DNA of 64,000 nucleotides from an uncultured Clostridia bacterium. GTDB lineage: Bacteria; Bacillota; Clostridia; Oscillospirales; Ruminococcaceae. How positions within the stretch are numbered: position 1 is the stretch's first letter; every line of letters begins with the position of its first letter. The stretch spans positions 162 through 64,161 of the forward strand of contig CAMVEM010000002.1 of the NCBI GenBank assembly GCA_947166515.1. The letters run 5' to 3'. Position numbers and translations under genes: made by a program. Positions 36,450 to 45,944 of the stretch are shown here, piece after piece. Under the pieces are notes generated by a model. That model saw only the letters and a program-made list of their open reading frames with translations, was not told the origin of the DNA and did not search any database.

Positions 36450-37844
36450 TTACTTTGTAAAATACTTCACGGCGTTGTTGTAGCTTATATCCTTTACGAT
36501 CTGCCCTACAAGCTCAATGTTTTCAGGATATTCACCATTCTCGATAAGCGTACCGAACATATTGCAGAGTATCCTTCTGAAATACTCATGACGTGTGTAG
36601 GAAAGGAAGCTGCGGCTGTCGGTGAGCATTCCGACGAACTTAGAAACAAGGCCGAGCTGTGAAAGCGCTGTGAGCTGCTTCTGCATTCCGTCCTTCTGAT
36701 CGTTGAACCACCATGCCGAACCGAACTGTATCTTTCCGACGATGCCGCCCTGCTGGAAGCAGTTCATGATCGTCGCTATGACCTCGTTATCACGGGGATT
36801 GAGACAATAAAGTATGGTCTTCGGAAGCTCGTCTGTGCTGTCAAGTGTATCCATGAGCTGTGCGAGCGGTTCTGCAAAATTCTGGTCTTCAATAGCGTCA
36901 AAGCCGGTATCGGGTCCGAGCAGGCTCATATATCTGCGGGAATTGTTGCGCAGAGCACCGATGTGATACTGCTGTACCCAGTGGAGTCTCGCATACTGCT
37001 TGCCGAGATGAACGAGCACATAACCCTTGTACTGCTTTATCTCGTCGGGAGTGATATCGTCACCCGCGAGCGCTTTCTTTACGATCTTATCCACCTTGTC
37101 CCTGTCGGCAGGCTTGAACATAACAACATCGAGCGCGTGGTCGGAGCATACGCAGCCTACGCTGTCGAAATACTCGATGCGCTTCGTTAGAGCCTCGCAA
37201 AGACTGTCGATGCCGTCTATCCTTACATCTGCCGCATCAGCAAGCTTTGCGATGTACGGAACATAAGTCGGGAGCTCGATGTTTATCGCCTTGTCAGGTC
37301 TGAACGCGGGAGCCACTTCCACTTCAAAGGTCTTGTCCTCTTTGAGCTGCTTGTGGAAATGCAGGTCGTCGATAGGATCGTCCGTTGTGAAAAGCTTCTT
37401 GACATTGCTCATTGTTATGAGCTTTCTCGCAGTAAGAGTCTGGAGCTTTTCGTTGCACTTATCGAAAATATCCTTCGCAGTCTCCGGCGAGAGAATATCG
37501 TATATGCCGAAATATCTCTGGAGTTCAAGGTGAGTCCAGTGATAGATCGGGTTGCCGATAGCATAAGGCATTACTTCGGCGTACTTCATGAACTTCTCGA
37601 AATCGCCCTTGTCGCCCGTTATGTAGCTCTCGTCAACACCCATTTCACGCATGAGTCTCCACTTGTAATGGTCGCCGCCGAGCCAGCACTCGGTTATCGA
37701 AGCGAACTTTCTGTCATTGTATATTTCCTGTATCGGAAGATGACAGTGAAAGTCAAATATCGGCATATCCTTCGCATAGCCCTCATAGAGCTTCACTGCG
37801 GTCTCGTTGTCAAGGACGAAATCCTTATCCATAAACTTTTTCAT
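36450..37844 (-). CDS. uxaC: Uronate isomerase
   Basis: PIFDFHCHL, GDHYKWR, GNPIYHWTHLEL, AWWFND, GMLTDSRSFLSY. Confidence 0.97.
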   Translation of the reverse strand: MKKFMDKDFVLDNETAVKLYEGYAKDMPIFDFHCHLPIQEIYNDRKFASITECWLGGDHYKWRLMREMGVDESYITGDKGDFEKFMKYAEVMPYAIGNPIYHWTHLELQRYFGIYDILSPETAKDIFDKCNEKLQTLTARKLITMSNVKKLFTTDDPIDDLHFHKQLKEDKTFEVEVAPAFRPDKAINIELPTYVPYIAKLADAADVRIDGIDSLCEALTKRIEYFDSVGCVCSDHALDVVMFKPADRDKVDKIVKKALAGDDITPDEIKQYKGYVLVHLGKQYARLHWVQQYHIGALRNNSRRYMSLLGPDTGFDAIEDQNFAEPLAQLMDTLDSTDELPKTILYCLNPRDNEVIATIMNCFQQGGIVGKIQFGSAWWFNDQKDGMQKQLTALSQLGLVSKFVGMLTDSRSFLSYTRHEYFRRILCNMFGTLIENGEYPENIELVGQIVKDISYNNAVKYFTK

Positions 37845-37889
37845 ATTGTGCTCCTTATTATCAGTTCAATTTAAAAACAAAGTAATTGC

Positions 37890-37928
37890 GGTTATATCTC
37901 CTCCGCCGGAGGCGAGGGAGATATAACC
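37890..37928. repeat. Dispersed palindrome family 1, copy 5
   Basis: ggttatatctcctccgcc-GGA-ggcgagggagatataacc. Confidence 0.85.
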
Positions 37929-37961
37929 AGAAAAATACTTCGGCTTCATATAACTATCGGA

Positions 37962-39446
37962 TCAAAGTGTTACGCCTGTTTTGAAGAGCGCTATATCGCG
38001 GGAATTGTAACGTTCATTCACAGTCTGCTGACCATTTGCGACCGCCACCACAAGCTTTACAAGCTCGCTGAGTTTATCATCAAAGCTGTCGCCCGCAACG
38101 ATAGTACCTGCGTCGAAATCTATCCAATTCGGTTTTCTCGCTGCTATATCGGAATTCGTTGAGATCTTCACTGTCGGAACGAAGCCGCCGAAAGGAGTTC
38201 CGCGACCTGTTGTGAACAGCACAAGATGACAGCCCGCACACGCAAGATTGGTGACTGCCACCATGTCATTTCCGGGACCGTTCAGCAGGTTGAGTCCGTG
38301 CTGAGTGAGCTGGTCTCCGTCAAACAGCACATCACATACCTTCTGTGTGCCGGACTTCTGCGTACAGCCGAGCGATTTATCCTCAAGAGTGGTGATACCG
38401 CCCGCCTTGTTTCCGGGTGAGGGATTTTCATATACCGGCTGGTCATGTTTCTGGTAATATTCCTTGAAGCCGTTTATCAGAGATACGATCTTATCAAAGG
38501 TCTTTTCATCGCTTGCGCGGTCCATAAGGAGCTGTTCAGCACCAAACATCTCCGGCACTTCGGTCAGTACCGTAGTCCCGCCGGCCGCCGCCATATAATC
38601 TGAGAAACGGCCCACAAGAGGATTGGCGGTTATTCCTGAAAGGCCGTCAGAACCGCCGCATTTCAGGCCTACCTTAAGGCATGATATATCGCGCGGAACG
38701 CGCTTGTCGTTTTTTGCCGCTTCATACAGCTTTTCGAGCAGCTTCACCCCCTCGGCGATCTCATCCTCAACTTCCTGTGCTATGAGGAATTCCGTGCGGC
38801 TATCATCATAATCTCCGAGAGTTTCGCGGAAAACGTCCATGCGGTTGTTCTCGCATCCGAGACCAAGCACCAGCACTCCGCCCGCGTTGGGATGTTTAAC
38901 CATTCTCTGGAGCAGCCGCTTTGTACGCTCGTGATCCTCGCCTATCTGCGAGCATCCGTAGGGGTGAGTGAACGTGTAGCACCCGTCTATCCCCGGCAGA
39001 TCGCCGTGCTTGCGGTTGAAAGCATCAACTATCGCTCTTGCCTGCGCGTTCACGCAGCCGACGGTCGGGATGACCCAAAGCTCGTTGCGGATACCGACCT
39101 CGCCGTTCCTGCGCTCATACACATTGACTGCAAGAGACGGCACGGGAGGCGCGGGAGCAATTTCTTTGCGGTTGTACGAATATTCGAGCGTTCCGTCAAG
39201 GCAGGTCGCCATGTTGTGGCTGTGAACATGTTCGCCCGCAGATATATCCGCAGTTGCTCTGCCGATCACTTCTCCGTATTTTATGATCTTCTCGCCGGTC
39301 TTGATCAGTCTTAAAGCAAATTTATGTCCCTTTTCAATATCTTCGGCGAGCATTACGCCCTCATATGTTTCGCCCTTTTTCAGCGCCGTGAGAGCCACGC
39401 CTACCGAGTCGGAAGGGGTAATTACTATCGTTTTTTTCATAGTCAT
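37962..39446 (-). CDS. uxaA: Altronate dehydratase
   Basis: SAF domain (GHKFAL, KYG, HVHSHN); GLKCGGSDG, NPSPGNKAGG, TTGRGTP. Confidence 0.96.
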   Translation of the reverse strand: MTMKKTIVITPSDSVGVALTALKKGETYEGVMLAEDIEKGHKFALRLIKTGEKIIKYGEVIGRATADISAGEHVHSHNMATCLDGTLEYSYNRKEIAPAPPVPSLAVNVYERRNGEVGIRNELWVIPTVGCVNAQARAIVDAFNRKHGDLPGIDGCYTFTHPYGCSQIGEDHERTKRLLQRMVKHPNAGGVLVLGLGCENNRMDVFRETLGDYDDSRTEFLIAQEVEDEIAEGVKLLEKLYEAAKNDKRVPRDISCLKVGLKCGGSDGLSGITANPLVGRFSDYMAAAGGTTVLTEVPEMFGAEQLLMDRASDEKTFDKIVSLINGFKEYYQKHDQPVYENPSPGNKAGGITTLEDKSLGCTQKSGTQKVCDVLFDGDQLTQHGLNLLNGPGNDMVAVTNLACAGCHLVLFTTGRGTPFGGFVPTVKISTNSDIAARKPNWIDFDAGTIVAGDSFDDKLSELVKLVVAVANGQQTVNERYNSRDIALFKTGVTL

Positions 39447-40894
39447 GCACCGAGAAATTCTTTAAGAGCCGCTCTCTCGCCGTTATCAAGTATGCTCTTT
39501 ATGTACCCCGCAACAACATTCACATTGTCGCCGTCACACAGATCCTGCTGCCAGATATCCGACGCGGAAAGCACTTCGCGCGCTATTTCAGATGTGTCTG
39601 TGTGCTGCCATACATTCTTCCAGAAATCGAGATACGAGGCATCGTCCTTGAGCTCGATATCGGCTTCCCCGCGCTTTCCGCGGAAGAACACGATCATAGA
39701 AGCAAGCGCAAACAGTATATGCTTCGGTGACTTTCCGAACTTCGCACGATAGTCGTTGTACGACGGCAGAAGTCTTGTTCTGAACTTTGTCGTGGAGTTG
39801 AGAGCTATCGACATAAGCTCGTGACGGATATACGGGTTCATGAATCTCTCCATTACCGCACCCGCAAAAGCGTCCATTTCATCCGCAGGGAGATCGATCG
39901 TAGGCTTGATCTCCTCATTCACGAGTTCTTTTATAAATCTGCCGACATCTTCATCGGTCACAGCTTCACGCACTGTGTCGATGCCGCAGAGATACGCTAT
40001 CGGCACCATTGAGGTGTGCGAACCGTTGAGTATCTTCACCTTGCGCTGTTTGTACGGAGTGATATCGTCCGCGAAGATAACGTTGAGCCCCGACTTATCA
40101 GCAGGCAGTCTTTCCTGTACGAACGGTTCCCTCTGAAGCACCCAGAGGTGGAATATCTCGCCCTTTACGATGCTGGTATCATTGAATCCGGTCTCCTCGC
40201 ATATAGCTGCGGCATTGTCTCGCGGATAACCGGGAACTATACGGTCAACAAGTGTGTTCGTAAAGTGATTGGCTGTATTGAGCCAGTCAATAAAAGCGCT
40301 GTCCATACTGTTTATCTTTGCGAGCTCGTTCAGCACACGCTTAAGCTCCTCGCCGTTGTGATCGATAAGCTCACACGGAACAATCGCGAGGCCCTTGTCC
40401 GAAGCTCCCGAAAAATGATCGTAACGCGCTTTCAGGAAAGCAAGAAGCTTTCCGGGAAAGCTCTTAGGGCAGACGGAAAAATCCGTGTCAGCGGTATCAA
40501 GCGCAATGCCCGCTTCCGTTGTGTTGGAAACGACTGTTTCAAGCTCATCGGACGCGGCGTATGAAAGAAACTTTTCATACTGCGTATATGGGTCAATAAA
40601 GTCACCCAGCACATCAATGATCTCGCGGTTCTGTACCTTCTGACCATTCTCGATACCCTCAAGGCAAACGGTATAAAGTCCGTCCTGCGATGCGAGATCA
40701 GCTACCCTGCCGCGGGGCGTGGGCTGTACTACAGCAACATTGGCATTTATTACGCCCTTCGCGTTGAGGTCCTGCAATATCCAGTCAACGAATGCTCTGA
40801 GGAAGTTTCCTTCGCCGAACTGGAGCACCTTAATAGGACGACTGTTTGCAGAATAATTCGTTCTGTTCAGATCTTTCATAATAAGATTCACCAT
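39443..40894 (-). CDS. uxaB: Altronate oxidoreductase (tagaturonate reductase); start may be 40879
   Basis: QFGEGNFLRAFVDW, SNTTEAGI, PCELI, LVDRIVPG, ILNGSHT. Confidence 0.96.
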   Translation of the reverse strand: MVNLIMKDLNRTNYSANSRPIKVLQFGEGNFLRAFVDWILQDLNAKGVINANVAVVQPTPRGRVADLASQDGLYTVCLEGIENGQKVQNREIIDVLGDFIDPYTQYEKFLSYAASDELETVVSNTTEAGIALDTADTDFSVCPKSFPGKLLAFLKARYDHFSGASDKGLAIVPCELIDHNGEELKRVLNELAKINSMDSAFIDWLNTANHFTNTLVDRIVPGYPRDNAAAICEETGFNDTSIVKGEIFHLWVLQREPFVQERLPADKSGLNVIFADDITPYKQRKVKILNGSHTSMVPIAYLCGIDTVREAVTDEDVGRFIKELVNEEIKPTIDLPADEMDAFAGAVMERFMNPYIRHELMSIALNSTTKFRTRLLPSYNDYRAKFGKSPKHILFALASMIVFFRGKRGEADIELKDDASYLDFWKNVWQHTDTSEIAREVLSASDIWQQDLCDGDNVNVVAGYIKSILDNGERAALKEFLGA

Positions 40895-40930
40895 TTCTTT
40901 TCAGCTTAAGACAAAACGCGGTCTTATGCA

Positions 40931-40963
40931 TCTGTCTCCCCCGCCTCCGGCGGAGGAGACAGA
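40931..40963. repeat. Dispersed palindrome family 1, copy 6
   Basis: tctgtctcccccgcc-TCC-ggcggaggagacaga. Confidence 0.85.
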
Positions 40964-40992
40964 AAGAATATCATCTTAAGCTCATAAATTAT

Positions 40993-42114
40993 TTATTTCT
41001 GATTTTTCTCTTTCAGCTTTGAGGTTCCCTTTATACGCTTTTCGGTCTGTTTATCGAAAAGATACACGCTCTCATGCGGTATGTAGAATGTGATCGCAGT
41101 ATCCGCATCCGGCGAGATATGCGGATCGACTTTCAGTATGCAGTTTACACCGTGCATATCGACATATACGTTCGTGTTGTCTCCGAGCAGTTCGACAAGC
41201 TCTACTATACCGGTCAGGCTTATCGAATTCTCATTAGCGCCGTCGGCGATCTTTACAGCTTCGGGACGGAATCCGAAAGCGACTTCCTGACCCTCGTACT
41301 TCTCAATGATCGACTGATCGGCAACACCGTTCAGATCAATAACATTGTTTTTAAGAGTTATCCTGCCTTTTTCAAGACGGCCCTCTATGAAGTTCATCGG
41401 CGGCTCGCCGATAAAGCCCGCTACAAACATATTGACCGGATTGAAATAGAGATCGTAAGGCGTGCCGACCTGCTGAACATAGCCGTCCTTCATAACGACT
41501 ATCCTGTCAGCCATGGTCATAGCTTCGGTCTGATCGTGGGTAACGTATATCGTTGTAGCACCCGTCTCGCGATGTATCTGGGTAATTTCTGAACGCATGG
41601 TCACGCGCTGCTTTGCGTCGAGGTTCGAGAGCGGCTCGTCCATGAGGAATATTTCGACCTTGCGGATTATCGCACGACCTACCGCTACTCTCTGACGCTG
41701 ACCTCCCGAGAGCTCACGCGGAAGTCTGTCGAGATAGTCGGTCAGACCAAGGATCGCTGCCGTGGAATTTACTCTCTTTTCGATTACGTCATCATCAACG
41801 CCCTGAAGCATAAGACCGAACGCGAGATTATCATAAACGGTCATGTGCGGATAAAGCGCATAGCTCTGGAACACCATTGCCACTCCACGCTCACGGGGAC
41901 CCTTCTCGTTTGCTCTTACTCCGTTTATCAGGAACTCGCCCTTGCTGATATTTTCAAGTCCCGCAATCATACGCAGAGTTGTGGATTTGCCGCATCCCGA
42001 AGATCCGACAAATACGATGAATTCACCCTTTTCGATCTCAAGATTGAAATCATGTACTGCATGATAGCCGTTAGGGTATATCTTGTTGATGCCTCGTAAA
42101 GTCAAGTAAGCCAT
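40993..42114 (-). CDS. Sugar ABC transporter ATPase (MalK/MsmX family), paralogue 2
   Basis: GSSGCGKST, VFQSYALYPH, LSGGQRQR, MDEPLSNLD, YVTHDQ; start reassigned to MAYLTL. Confidence 0.95.
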   Translation of the reverse strand: MAYLTLRGINKIYPNGYHAVHDFNLEIEKGEFIVFVGSSGCGKSTTLRMIAGLENISKGEFLINGVRANEKGPRERGVAMVFQSYALYPHMTVYDNLAFGLMLQGVDDDVIEKRVNSTAAILGLTDYLDRLPRELSGGQRQRVAVGRAIIRKVEIFLMDEPLSNLDAKQRVTMRSEITQIHRETGATTIYVTHDQTEAMTMADRIVVMKDGYVQQVGTPYDLYFNPVNMFVAGFIGEPPMNFIEGRLEKGRITLKNNVIDLNGVADQSIIEKYEGQEVAFGFRPEAVKIADGANENSISLTGIVELVELLGDNTNVYVDMHGVNCILKVDPHISPDADTAITFYIPHESVYLFDKQTEKRIKGTSKLKEKNQK

Positions 42115-42177
42115 AACGCTGCCCTTACCTTTCAAAGAGTAGTTTTATTCCTGCTGTCAGAAACTGAAAAGCGCTGA

Positions 42178-43014
42178 TTATTTCAAGTCAAGATTGCTTA
42201 TATTGTCCATATCGTCGTAGGTCTGATTTTCGCCGCACATGCCCCAGATAAACGTATAGTTGCTGGTAGCGGTACCGCTGTGGATAGACCAGCTCGGGCT
42301 GATGACAGCCTGCTCATTGTGCATGATGATATGGCGTGTCTCCTGCGGCTGACCCATGAAGTGGAACACTACATTGTCGTTTTCGAGCTCGAAGTAGAAA
42401 TATACTTCCATTCTTCTCTCGTGTGTGTGAGAAGGCATAGTATTCCACGAATTGCACGGATCAAGCTCGGTCATTCCCATCTGTAAAGAGCAGGACTCGC
42501 ATACCGCGGGGTGGATATACTGATTTACAACGCGCTTGTTCATATTCTCGCCGCTACCGAGAGGACGGTGGTTCGCCTTGTCCTTGGTAATGTAAACGGT
42601 GGGATAGGTCTTGTGTGCAGGGCTCGAATTTATGTAGAACTTAGCGGGTGCAGATGCGCTTTCAGAGCGGAAGATTATTTCCTTCGTGCCCATTCCGATG
42701 TAGAGTCCGTCCTTATAACCGAGCGCGTATTCCGTTCCGTCAAGCACTACCGTGCCCTTGCCGCCGACGTTGATGATACCCATTTCACGTCTTTCGAGGA
42801 AGAATTCCGTACCGAGCTCCTTGGTGCTTCCGAGCTTGAGTTCCGACTTCACCGGCATTGCTCCGCCTGCGATCATTCTGTCCTGATGCGAATATGTGAG
42901 AGCAATCTCGTCCGCTTCAAAGACTTTTTCGATAAGATAATTCTTACGAAGCTTTTCGGTATCGTAGTATTTTGAATCCTCCGGGTGATTGCTGTATCTG
43001 ATGTCCAGTCTCAT
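42178..43014 (-). CDS. kduI: 5-dehydro-4-deoxy-D-glucuronate isomerase
   Basis: FFLERREMGIINVGG, WNTMPSHTHERRMEVY, ISPSWSIHSG. Confidence 0.97.
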   Translation of the reverse strand: MRLDIRYSNHPEDSKYYDTEKLRKNYLIEKVFEADEIALTYSHQDRMIAGGAMPVKSELKLGSTKELGTEFFLERREMGIINVGGKGTVVLDGTEYALGYKDGLYIGMGTKEIIFRSESASAPAKFYINSSPAHKTYPTVYITKDKANHRPLGSGENMNKRVVNQYIHPAVCESCSLQMGMTELDPCNSWNTMPSHTHERRMEVYFYFELENDNVVFHFMGQPQETRHIIMHNEQAVISPSWSIHSGTATSNYTFIWGMCGENQTYDDMDNISNLDLK

Positions 43015-43033
43015 GTTGATATAAACTCCTTAC

Positions 43034-43879
43034 TTAAAGTCTTTCTTTTATATGAGCAACGGCGGGAGCGATGTCGTCTCCTGTCGTTCCTTCAAACACA
43101 AGGTTCGCGTCGGGGCAGACCTTATTTATTTCCGAAAGTATCCGGTAATAATCAAATATGCCTTTGCCGACTCCGCACTGTTTAAGCGAACCGTCTTCGT
43201 TCACGGTGCAGTCCTTGATGTGGAATACGCATATCCTGTCACCAAAGGTCTGCAGACCTTCTTCGAGGATATCGTACATTTTATCTATGTTCGACCCGCC
43301 TGCGCTGTCAAGATAGTTGTACAGATCGAAAATAAATCTGATATTGTCCGCGCCAATGGTTTTTGCGACACGTTCGAGCGTCTTCACATTCCAGCAGACA
43401 TGGCCGAACGCACCTTCCATGCCGATATTTACTCCGCATTCCTGCGCATATCCGGCAAGCTCAGAAAATGTGCGCACCACACGGTCAACGGCTTCTTCTG
43501 TGCGGTTCTGCGGATGATACGTCCATTTGTCGCCGTTATACGAGCCGGTCTCCGAGCCCACGATACTGCCGCCGAAGCTTTTTGCTGCCGCGAGATAATC
43601 CCTGAAAACCGCAACCCCCTTTGTGATCTTGCTTTCGTCAGGGTGAACGGGATTGAAATATGCGCCGATCAGAGGAATTGTTTTACCCGCCGCTTCAAAG
43701 GTGCTGCGGAATTTCTCCGCTCGCTCTGCAGTAATCGCACCGGGAACATACGCTATATCATCAAGACATTTGTACGCCACAAGCTGTACACCGTCAAGTC
43801 CGAGCTCGTCAAGTCTGCCGACTATATTTTCTTCGCCCTTTATGCCAAGGTCATGAGCGCGTATAAACAGCTTCATCAT
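43034..43879 (-). CDS. Sugar phosphate isomerase/epimerase (xylose isomerase-like TIM barrel)
   Basis: IRAHD, GAYFNPVHPD, GSETG, ME, FD..N, FHIKD, FE metal-ligand pattern. Confidence 0.82.
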   Translation of the reverse strand: MMKLFIRAHDLGIKGEENIVGRLDELGLDGVQLVAYKCLDDIAYVPGAITAERAEKFRSTFEAAGKTIPLIGAYFNPVHPDESKITKGVAVFRDYLAAAKSFGGSIVGSETGSYNGDKWTYHPQNRTEEAVDRVVRTFSELAGYAQECGVNIGMEGAFGHVCWNVKTLERVAKTIGADNIRFIFDLYNYLDSAGGSNIDKMYDILEEGLQTFGDRICVFHIKDCTVNEDGSLKQCGVGKGIFDYYRILSEINKVCPDANLVFEGTTGDDIAPAVAHIKERL

Positions 43880-43884
43880 CGCTT

Positions 43885-44916
43885 TTAACGCTGTACGCGT
43901 CCGGAAGCGTCGCCGCCTGCGAGCGTCTCAACGTCTGCGCGGGTAACAAGGTTGAAATCTCCGGGGATAGTGTGCTTGAGCGCAGAAGCGGCTACCGCGA
44001 ATTCAAGTGCAGCCTTGAAATCCTTGCCGTCGCAGAGTCCGCAGATAAGTCCGCCTGCGAAAGAGTCGCCGCCGCCTACGCGGTCAACGATGGGATTAAT
44101 GTTGTATTTTCTTGAATGATAGAATTCCTTTGTCTTGCCGTCCATGATGCATGCCGACCAGTCGTTGTTGGAGGCCGAGTGGCTCTCACGCAGCGACGAG
44201 ATAACATACTTAAAGCCGAACTGGTCGATCATTCTGCCGAATATGTCAACATAGCCGGAAAGCTCAAGATCGCCCTTTGTAACATCGGTATTGCCGGGCT
44301 TGAAGCCGAGCACCTTCTCAGCGTCCTCTTCGTTTCCGATGCATACATCTACATACTTCATAAGGTTGGTCATGACTTTCTGTGCCTTCTCGCTCGACCA
44401 GAGCTTCTTGCGGAAGTTAAGGTCGCAGGAGACCGTTACATTGTGCTTTTTAGCTGCCTGCAGAGCAACTTCGGTGACTTCCGCTGCAAGATCGGAGATA
44501 GCGGGAGTGATACCCGTGAAATGGAACCAGTCTGCGCCCTCGAAGATCTCATCAAAGTTGAACTTAGACGCGTCAGCCGTAGCTATCGAGGAATGAGCTC
44601 TGTCGTAAACGACATTTGAAGCTCTCATAGCAGCGCCTGTCTCAAGAAAGTAGATTCCGAGTCTTTCGCCGCACTTTGCGATATGCTTTGTCTCAACGCC
44701 GTACTTGCGGAGCGCAGCTATCGCGCACATGCCTATCGGATTGTCCGGAACTGCGGTGATGAATTCCGCATCGTGTCCGTAATTTGCAAGCGATACGGCT
44801 ACATTTGCTTCGCCGCCGCCGTAGTTTATATCAAATTCGTCTGCCTGAATGAACTTTTCGTTGTTGGGTGTCGAAAGTCTGAGCATTATCTCGCCCATTG
44901 TGATTATTTTTGCCAT
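43885..44916 (-). CDS. kdgK: 2-keto-3-deoxygluconate kinase (PfkB family)
   Basis: GEIMLRLS, GGGEANVA, DLNFRKKLW, DRVGGGDSF; context. Confidence 0.93.
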   Translation of the reverse strand: MAKIITMGEIMLRLSTPNNEKFIQADEFDINYGGGEANVAVSLANYGHDAEFITAVPDNPIGMCAIAALRKYGVETKHIAKCGERLGIYFLETGAAMRASNVVYDRAHSSIATADASKFNFDEIFEGADWFHFTGITPAISDLAAEVTEVALQAAKKHNVTVSCDLNFRKKLWSSEKAQKVMTNLMKYVDVCIGNEEDAEKVLGFKPGNTDVTKGDLELSGYVDIFGRMIDQFGFKYVISSLRESHSASNNDWSACIMDGKTKEFYHSRKYNINPIVDRVGGGDSFAGGLICGLCDGKDFKAALEFAVAASALKHTIPGDFNLVTRADVETLAGGDASGRVQR

Positions 44917-44937
44917 GATAGTCTGTTCTCCTTACAA

Positions 44938-45909
44938 TTATTTTCTTTCAGTGAGGTGGATAGCGAATCCGCCAAACTCGTTTTTCAGATATACCACTGT
45001 CATTCTGCCGTCAGCGTCATATTTTGCGGAATCCATATCGAACTGAACGCCCTGGTTCCCGAGCTGGTAAACGGCTCTGCGAACGTTGTTGCAGGCTACC
45101 GCGATATGACCCTTTGCACCCTTGAACGGCGACTTCATGCACTCTATCAGCGTGTCGGAGAAAATGCTGCTGTTGCCGACCTTCTGCTCCCAGCCGAACA
45201 TCTTCGCAAAGCTTCCGGAAACGTCCATAGCTTCCGTCTCGTTCTCGCAGTTGATGCCGATATGAGCGACCGAGAATCCGAGCATTTTGTTGACTGCCGA
45301 GCGGCAAAGTGCAGTAATGCCATCCCAGTCGCCAGCCTTTACGAGCTTGTCGGGAACTATCCAGCTTCCGCCGCAGCATACGATCTTCTTGAAAGCAAGA
45401 TATGTGTTGAGGTTATTCTCGTTTACTCCGCCCGTCGGCATGAACTTCATAGAAGCGTACGGAGCGGAGATTGCCTTTATGTACGGAAGTCCGCCTGCCT
45501 GCTCCGCCGGGAAGAATTTCACGAAATCGAGTCCGAGTTCCATAGCCTGCTCGATCTGCGATCCGTTCGCCACACCGGGTGTGAACGGCACGCCCTTTTT
45601 CAGGCAGTGCTCAACGACCTTCGGATTGAGTCCGGGAGCCACGCAGAACTTCGCGCCAGCTTCTATCGCTCTGTCACACTGGTCAATAGTAAGCACAGTT
45701 CCTGCGCCCACCAGCATATCCGGATAAGCCTTCACCATGTCGGAGATCACCTTGTCTGCTCCCTCGGCACGGAAAGTTACTTCCGCACAGCGAATTCCGC
45801 CATCGTAAAGCGCTTTTGCGAGATTCACGGCCTCAGCCGTATTTTCAAGCTTGATAACAGGTACGATACCGGTACATTCAAGCTGTTCAAGAAACTTTTT
45901 GTTGTCCAT
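44938..45909 (-). CDS. eda: KDPG aldolase with ~110-aa C-terminal VOC-like extension
   Basis: EVTFR, GAGTV, KFFPA, MPTGGV, GGSW; extra domain beginning AHIGIN. Confidence 0.92.
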   Translation of the reverse strand: MDNKKFLEQLECTGIVPVIKLENTAEAVNLAKALYDGGIRCAEVTFRAEGADKVISDMVKAYPDMLVGAGTVLTIDQCDRAIEAGAKFCVAPGLNPKVVEHCLKKGVPFTPGVANGSQIEQAMELGLDFVKFFPAEQAGGLPYIKAISAPYASMKFMPTGGVNENNLNTYLAFKKIVCCGGSWIVPDKLVKAGDWDGITALCRSAVNKMLGFSVAHIGINCENETEAMDVSGSFAKMFGWEQKVGNSSIFSDTLIECMKSPFKGAKGHIAVACNNVRRAVYQLGNQGVQFDMDSAKYDADGRMTVVYLKNEFGGFAIHLTERK

Positions 45910-45944
45910 TTTAAATCATATCCTTCCTGAGATATTTAAGATCA

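Noticed and set aside
1739-40963. Family-1 palindromes as CRISPR repeats
   Set aside because: Copies are kilobases apart, with no spacer array and no cas genes
44683-45930. 415-aa + strand ORF, and similar long antisense ORFs (48385-49332, 43052-43888, 9763-10596, 33724-34680)
   Set aside because: They lie opposite well-supported genes and show no recognisable motifs; consistent with shadow ORFs from codon bias
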